Assembly: GCF_004010195.1 (NCBI RefSeq)
Contig: NC_057718.1
Coordinates: 26,601,688-26,665,687, forward strand
Direction of reading: 5' to 3'
DNA length: 64,000 nucleotides
Source of the DNA: Chiloscyllium plagiosum
Taxonomy: Eukaryota
Shown: piece after piece, positions 62,931 to 64,000 of the stretch
How the letters are laid out: each line of letters starts with the position of its first letter
Numbering within the stretch: the stretch's first letter is position 1
The notes under the pieces: generated by a model
Told to the model about the DNA's origin: nothing
What the model saw: the letters and a program-made list of their open reading frames with translations, nothing else
Databases searched by the model: none
Translations under genes and position numbers: made by a program

Positions 62931-63225
62931 TGAAATCACACATCACCAGGTTATAGTCCAGCAGATTTATTTGAAATCACAAGCTTTGGGGGCATAACCT
63001 ACCTGACGAAGGGGCTACTCTCCAAAAGCTTGTGATTTCAATTAAACTTGTTGGACTATTAACTGGTGTCGTATGACTTCTGACTGAGAATCTCCACAAT
63101 CACCTGATTAAGGAGCAGCACTCCAAAAGCTAGTGCTTCCAAATAAACCTGTTGGACCATAACCTGGTGTTGTATAACCTGTAACTTTGTACACCCCAGT
63201 TCAACACCGGTATCTCCAAATCATG
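62931..63225 (+). mobile_element. Penelope-like terminal repeats: one inverted plus two tandem units
   Basis: Same family as 10080-10300. Units start at ACCTGACGAAGG (63001) and CACCTGATTAAGG (63101); ends GGTATCTCCAAATCATG. Confidence 0.75.
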
Positions 63226-64000
63226 TTTTTTCTGGGCAGTGTTATACTTTAAAACTGATACCTTTCAGATGCCAAATGCTTCTCTCTTAAAACCAACTTT
63301 TCTGAACTGGAGTGGTTACGTGGCTCAGATTGTGAGTTGCACACTGGAAGATGCCAGCTACAGATTAATTATGCTGCCACCTGACCTCCACAGCAGTAAT
63401 TATTAGCTTTCTATATTGTTGGTTATACACTGACATCAATACACAACTTTAGGTGCCAATATTTCTGGATTAGTTGCCAGTGTTCAAGGAGGTGATGGGC
63501 AAATTTGCCTCAAAATTTCACAAGGACCCATAAAAAGATGGAGGTGGAAAATCGATAACTGATTACACTATTAGTCCTTCGTAAGCTAAACAGGGCTGAA
63601 AAATTGCTGTCATAGATGCTTTGTTGATATTCCGAGAGTACAGAGTTAAGTTGGAGGAGCAGTGAGTATGGGACACAGAAAATTTATGGGGAGCAACTCC
63701 TCCAATCACAAATTCCATCTCTCTTATGGTTATTGCTGTTGTTCTTCCATTGAGAAGTTCCCTCTTCCCAACTCGTACAGCTCCTCTGGAGACAATATCT
63801 ACGATTGAAGTAGCAGGGATAGAGGGAGCCTGACTAGAGGAAATCCAAACTGCAGGGCTCCAGGCAGCTGTCACTCATCCCCATGGTAGCTCAGACCCCT
63901 CCAGGTTCCACCTGCATGGATGGGGTCTGGGATCTTGCTGACTGTTCTATCTTTTCACAATGATAGACTCCGAGTGTGTTTGTATTACTTGATCTTGGAA

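Noticed and set aside
55408..64000. Next upstream CLIP4 exon (e.g. AG...GT-bounded 63262-63306)
   Set aside because: The candidate translates to SEKLVLREKHLASE with no resemblance to the expected CLIP4 segment; no exon could be supported.
1..64000. CRISPR arrays, operons or other prokaryotic systems
   Set aside because: The sequence is intron-containing vertebrate DNA; no regularly spaced repeat-spacer array was seen.

Overview
Repeat-rich vertebrate genomic DNA, most likely from a cartilaginous fish (shark). This is inferred from the HE1-type V-SINE and HER1-like CR1 content, not from any database match. The only host gene I can support is the 3' end of CLIP4 on the minus strand. It consists of a 76-bp penultimate exon (55332-55407) and the terminal coding exon with the last CAP-Gly domain (16330-16648), joined in frame across a ~38.7-kb intron. 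The rest is mostly decayed transposable elements. These include many CR1 LINE copies (one near full length), V-SINEs, Penelope-like pieces, an RTE-like fragment, two PIF/Harbinger transposase fossils and a Tigger-like MITE. There are three N gaps, one flanked by a probable false duplication. Two observations stand out. (1) A LINE begins with a tRNA-like Pol III head, has no visible ORF1, and shares both its 5' and 3' ends with a short SINE in the same window. (2) Minimal hammerhead-ribozyme-like motifs covary in stems I, II and III across four Penelope subfamilies. Coordinates of decayed repeats are approximate; all alignments were done by eye.
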